From an uncultured Gemmatimonadales bacterium (GTDB lineage Bacteria; Gemmatimonadota; Gemmatimonadetes; Longimicrobiales; RSA9), in contig CAWCUS010000004.1 in assembly GCA_963798845.1 (NCBI GenBank), positions 416,001-480,000 on the forward strand: a stretch of 64,000 nt of DNA, read 5' to 3'. This document shows, one piece after another, positions 61,557 through 64,000 of the stretch. Made by a program: the position numbers and the translations under genes. The notes below the pieces were generated by a model, which saw only the letters and a program-made list of their open reading frames with translations, had not been told where the DNA came from and ran no database searches. The first letter of the stretch is position 1, and each line of letters opens with the position of its first letter.

Positions 61557-62569
61557 AATACGTCCACTTTCACTTCCGGCCTCACCTTGGAGGGATCCGC
61601 GCGGATCTCCTCGACCAGCGCCTGCAGGTCCACCACCATCTTGAGGAGCTGGTCGTAGAGCGCGGGATCATCGAGGAACCGCGCCACCGTCCCGTCGCTG
61701 CTGCCCAGCTTCCCGACGAAGCCCTGAACACCCGCCAGCGTGGAGTCCGCCCGCCCCAGCATCCCCACGGCGCCCCGGTACAGAGAGTCGTCCTGGATCA
61801 GGTGGCCGAGCGTCCCCGTGCCGGAGGCCACCGTGGCCAGGAGGGTGTCGAAGCGGGCGAGCGACGCGTCCAGTCGCTCGTAGAGGGTCGGGTCGCGGAT
61901 GAGCCGGCTGAGCGTGCCGTCGGAGCGGTTCACCGTCGCCAGCAGGGCGCTCAGCTGCGTGGTGGCCGTCACCATCCGCTCGTACAGGCGATCGTCCGTC
62001 ATCAGGGCGCCCAGCGTGCCCTCGCCTGACGTGATCTTGGCCGTGAGCGTGTCCACGTTGGACACGATGCTCTGGAGCTGGTCCAGTGTCGCGGCGGCGG
62101 TCTGGAGGACCTCTTCGTAATCCACTGCCGCTTCCGTCGGCAGGGTGTCACCCGCCTGAAGCACCGGGCTTTCCGGCGACCCGGGGGCGATGTCCACGTA
62201 CCGATCCCCGAGCAGCCCCTGCGTTCGCAGCGTGGCGCGGCTGTCGCCCCGGATCTGGTCCCGTACCCGCTCGTTCACGCTGATGCGCACGCCCACGTTG
62301 GCCGACCCGTGCCGCTTCTCCACCGGGATGAAGCGGATCTCGTCCACCTGCCCGATCCGCTGCCCGGCCAGCGTCACCGGCGCCCCCGTCATCAGCCCGC
62401 CCGAGTTCTCCACCATGGCGTACAGCAGGTAGCGGTCCGCGAACACGTCGAACAGGCGGCCGACCTGGTAGATGCCGTAGCCGAGGATCAGGAGAGCGAC
62501 CACGACGACGATGCCGACGCGCACCCGCCGGGCCGTCTGTCTCCCTCGGTTCAGCTTTCCCCTCGGCAT
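61553..62569 (-). CDS. mlaD: MCE/MlaD-family protein
   Basis: N-terminal TM, GLMTGAPVTLAGQRIGQV, GLLGDRYVDI, long helical tail. Confidence 0.88.
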   Translation of the reverse strand: MPRGKLNRGRQTARRVRVGIVVVVALLILGYGIYQVGRLFDVFADRYLLYAMVENSGGLMTGAPVTLAGQRIGQVDEIRFIPVEKRHGSANVGVRISVNERVRDQIRGDSRATLRTQGLLGDRYVDIAPGSPESPVLQAGDTLPTEAAVDYEEVLQTAAATLDQLQSIVSNVDTLTAKITSGEGTLGALMTDDRLYERMVTATTQLSALLATVNRSDGTLSRLIRDPTLYERLDASLARFDTLLATVASGTGTLGHLIQDDSLYRGAVGMLGRADSTLAGVQGFVGKLGSSDGTVARFLDDPALYDQLLKMVVDLQALVEEIRADPSKVRPEVKVDVF

Positions 62570-62582
62570 CCCGTCCTCCCCC

Positions 62583-63458
62583 TCAGCTGAGCGCCAGGAA
62601 GCGCTGGATGTAGCGGTCGTCCGCCGCGATCATCTCCTCCGGCGTGCCGTCGAACGTCACCCGCCCTTCGCGCATCAGGTTCACCCGCGAGGCCACTCGG
62701 AATCCGGCCCGGATGTCGTGCGTCACCACGATGCTCGTGACCCCCCGCTCCCGCTGCAGCTTCCGGATCAGGTCACCGATCGTGCCCACCGTGAGCGGGT
62801 CCAGCCCCGCCGTCGGCTCATCGTAGAGCACCACGTCCGGATCCGTGGCGATCGCCCGCGCGAGCCCCACCCGCTTCTTCATCCCGCCCGACAGCTCGCC
62901 CGGGAGCTTCGGCGACACCTGGTCGGGGTCCAGGTCCACGAACCTGAGCCGCTCCCGCACCACCTCCTCGATCTCGCCTTCCGACATCCGCGTGTTCTCC
63001 CGCAGCGGATAGGCCACATTGTCGAACACGCTCACCGAGTCGAACAGCGCCGCGTTCTGGAACACCATACCTATGCCCCGCCGCAGCGTCAGCGCGTCCT
63101 CGAAGCTGAGCTCGGTGATCTCCTGTCCGAACACGCGGATCGACCCGGCGTCCGGAACCAGAAGGCGGAGGATCAGCTTCAGGAGCGTCGACTTCCCGAT
63201 CCCCGACTCGCCCAGCACCAGCAGCGTCTCGCCCTTCCTGGCCGTCAGCGAGAGCCCGTCCAGCACGTGCAGCGTCCCGAAGGAGAGCTGGATCTCCTCC
63301 AGCTCGATCACCTTGGCGCGGCCCTCGGTACGAGCCCGCGGACGACTCGCGTCCGCCGTGGCCATCTCCTCACGGATCGAGCGCCGGAGGATGCGCTGCT
63401 CGATCGACTCCTCTTCCTCCCCCGACTCGCGGAGAGGATCCGCCGCGCCCGAACCCAT
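62583..63458 (-). CDS. mlaF: ABC ATP-binding protein, MlaF-like
   Basis: GESGIGKS, FQNAALFDS, LSGGMKKR, LYDEPTAGLDP, VTHD. Confidence 0.9.
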   Translation of the reverse strand: MGSGAADPLRESGEEEESIEQRILRRSIREEMATADASRPRARTEGRAKVIELEEIQLSFGTLHVLDGLSLTARKGETLLVLGESGIGKSTLLKLILRLLVPDAGSIRVFGQEITELSFEDALTLRRGIGMVFQNAALFDSVSVFDNVAYPLRENTRMSEGEIEEVVRERLRFVDLDPDQVSPKLPGELSGGMKKRVGLARAIATDPDVVLYDEPTAGLDPLTVGTIGDLIRKLQRERGVTSIVVTHDIRAGFRVASRVNLMREGRVTFDGTPEEMIAADDRYIQRFLALS

Positions 63459-64000
63459 CAGCCGCGCAGCGGTACGAGAATGAAGAGCAGCTGCGTCAGG
63501 AAGTAATCCACCGCCAGCACCAGGATCGACGCCGTGACCACCGCGCGAGTCGTGGCCGTGCCCACCCCTTCCGTTCCGCCTTCCGCCGAAAGGCCGTAGT
63601 AGCATCCCGTCAGCGCGATGATCCCCCCGAACACCAGCGGCTTCACCAGTCCGCTCACGAAGTCCCGCGGGAACACCCCGGCGACGAAGCCCGACTGCGC
63701 CAGCGTGACCCACACCCCACGCAGGTACGCGTCGGCGGGCACCTGGATCCGGAAGACGGAGACCAGCAGACCCCCGAAGATCCCCACCGCGTCCGTCACC
63801 ACCGTGAGCAGTGGCACCATGATCACCCCCGCCAGGATCCGCGGCGTCACCAGCTTCTTGATCGGGTCCGTGCCGAAGCTCTGGAGCGCGTCGATCTGCT
63901 CCGTCACCCGCATCGCCCCCAGCTCCGCCGCGATCCCCGACCCCACACGGCCCGCGAAGATCAGCGCCGCCAGCACCGGACCCAGCTCCCGCACCATCGA
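63458..64000 (-). CDS. mlaE: MlaE-family permease (5' truncated by window edge)
   Basis: RELGPVL, GRVGSGIAAELGAMRVTEQIDAL, GVGTATTRAVV. Confidence 0.92.
   Translation of the reverse strand, partial: SMVRELGPVLAALIFAGRVGSGIAAELGAMRVTEQIDALQSFGTDPIKKLVTPRILAGVIMVPLLTVVTDAVGIFGGLLVSVFRIQVPADAYLRGVWVTLAQSGFVAGVFPRDFVSGLVKPLVFGGIIALTGCYYGLSAEGGTEGVGTATTRAVVTASILVLAVDYFLTQLLFILVPLRG

Overview
A very GC-rich bacterial chromosomal segment. Gene content (PadR/ADOP permease pairs, tricorn proteases, TolB-like TPR protein, sensor-kinase style) suggests Gemmatimonadota or a similar lineage; this is an inference. In order: an OmpR-type regulator tail; a rhodanese/YeeE sulfur-trafficking operon; a DinB protein; two PadR+ADOP pairs, each with its own palindromic operator; lipoproteins; a PAS kinase; a GT39 glycosyltransferase; a TPR protein; galK with an SSS symporter; a tricorn protease; DedA, an outer-membrane protein and an MFS transporter. 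Three loci stand out. (1) An acyl-CoA dehydrogenase / 2691-aa type I PKS-FAS (KS-AT-KS-ACP-ACP-KR-DH) / Sfp-PPTase operon in which both ACPs have Thr (GIDTVK) where the phosphopantetheine Ser should be. (2) A ~450-bp intergenic element made of 6x13-bp repeats, two 20-bp palindromes around an AT-rich core, and 5x22-bp perfect tandem repeats. (3) A hopanoid operon (shc, hpnH, hpnA, hpnG) translationally coupled to a modified mevalonate pathway (IDI-2, class I HMGR, MVK, decarboxylase, isopentenyl phosphate kinase, no PMK) and a single-enzyme squalene synthase, followed by a GT4 and mprF. The window ends with a sensor kinase and mlaE/F/D. Three genes show single frameshifts that are probably assembly errors. 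No rRNA, tRNA, CRISPR array or transposase was seen. All calls come from reading motifs by eye; no database searches were run.
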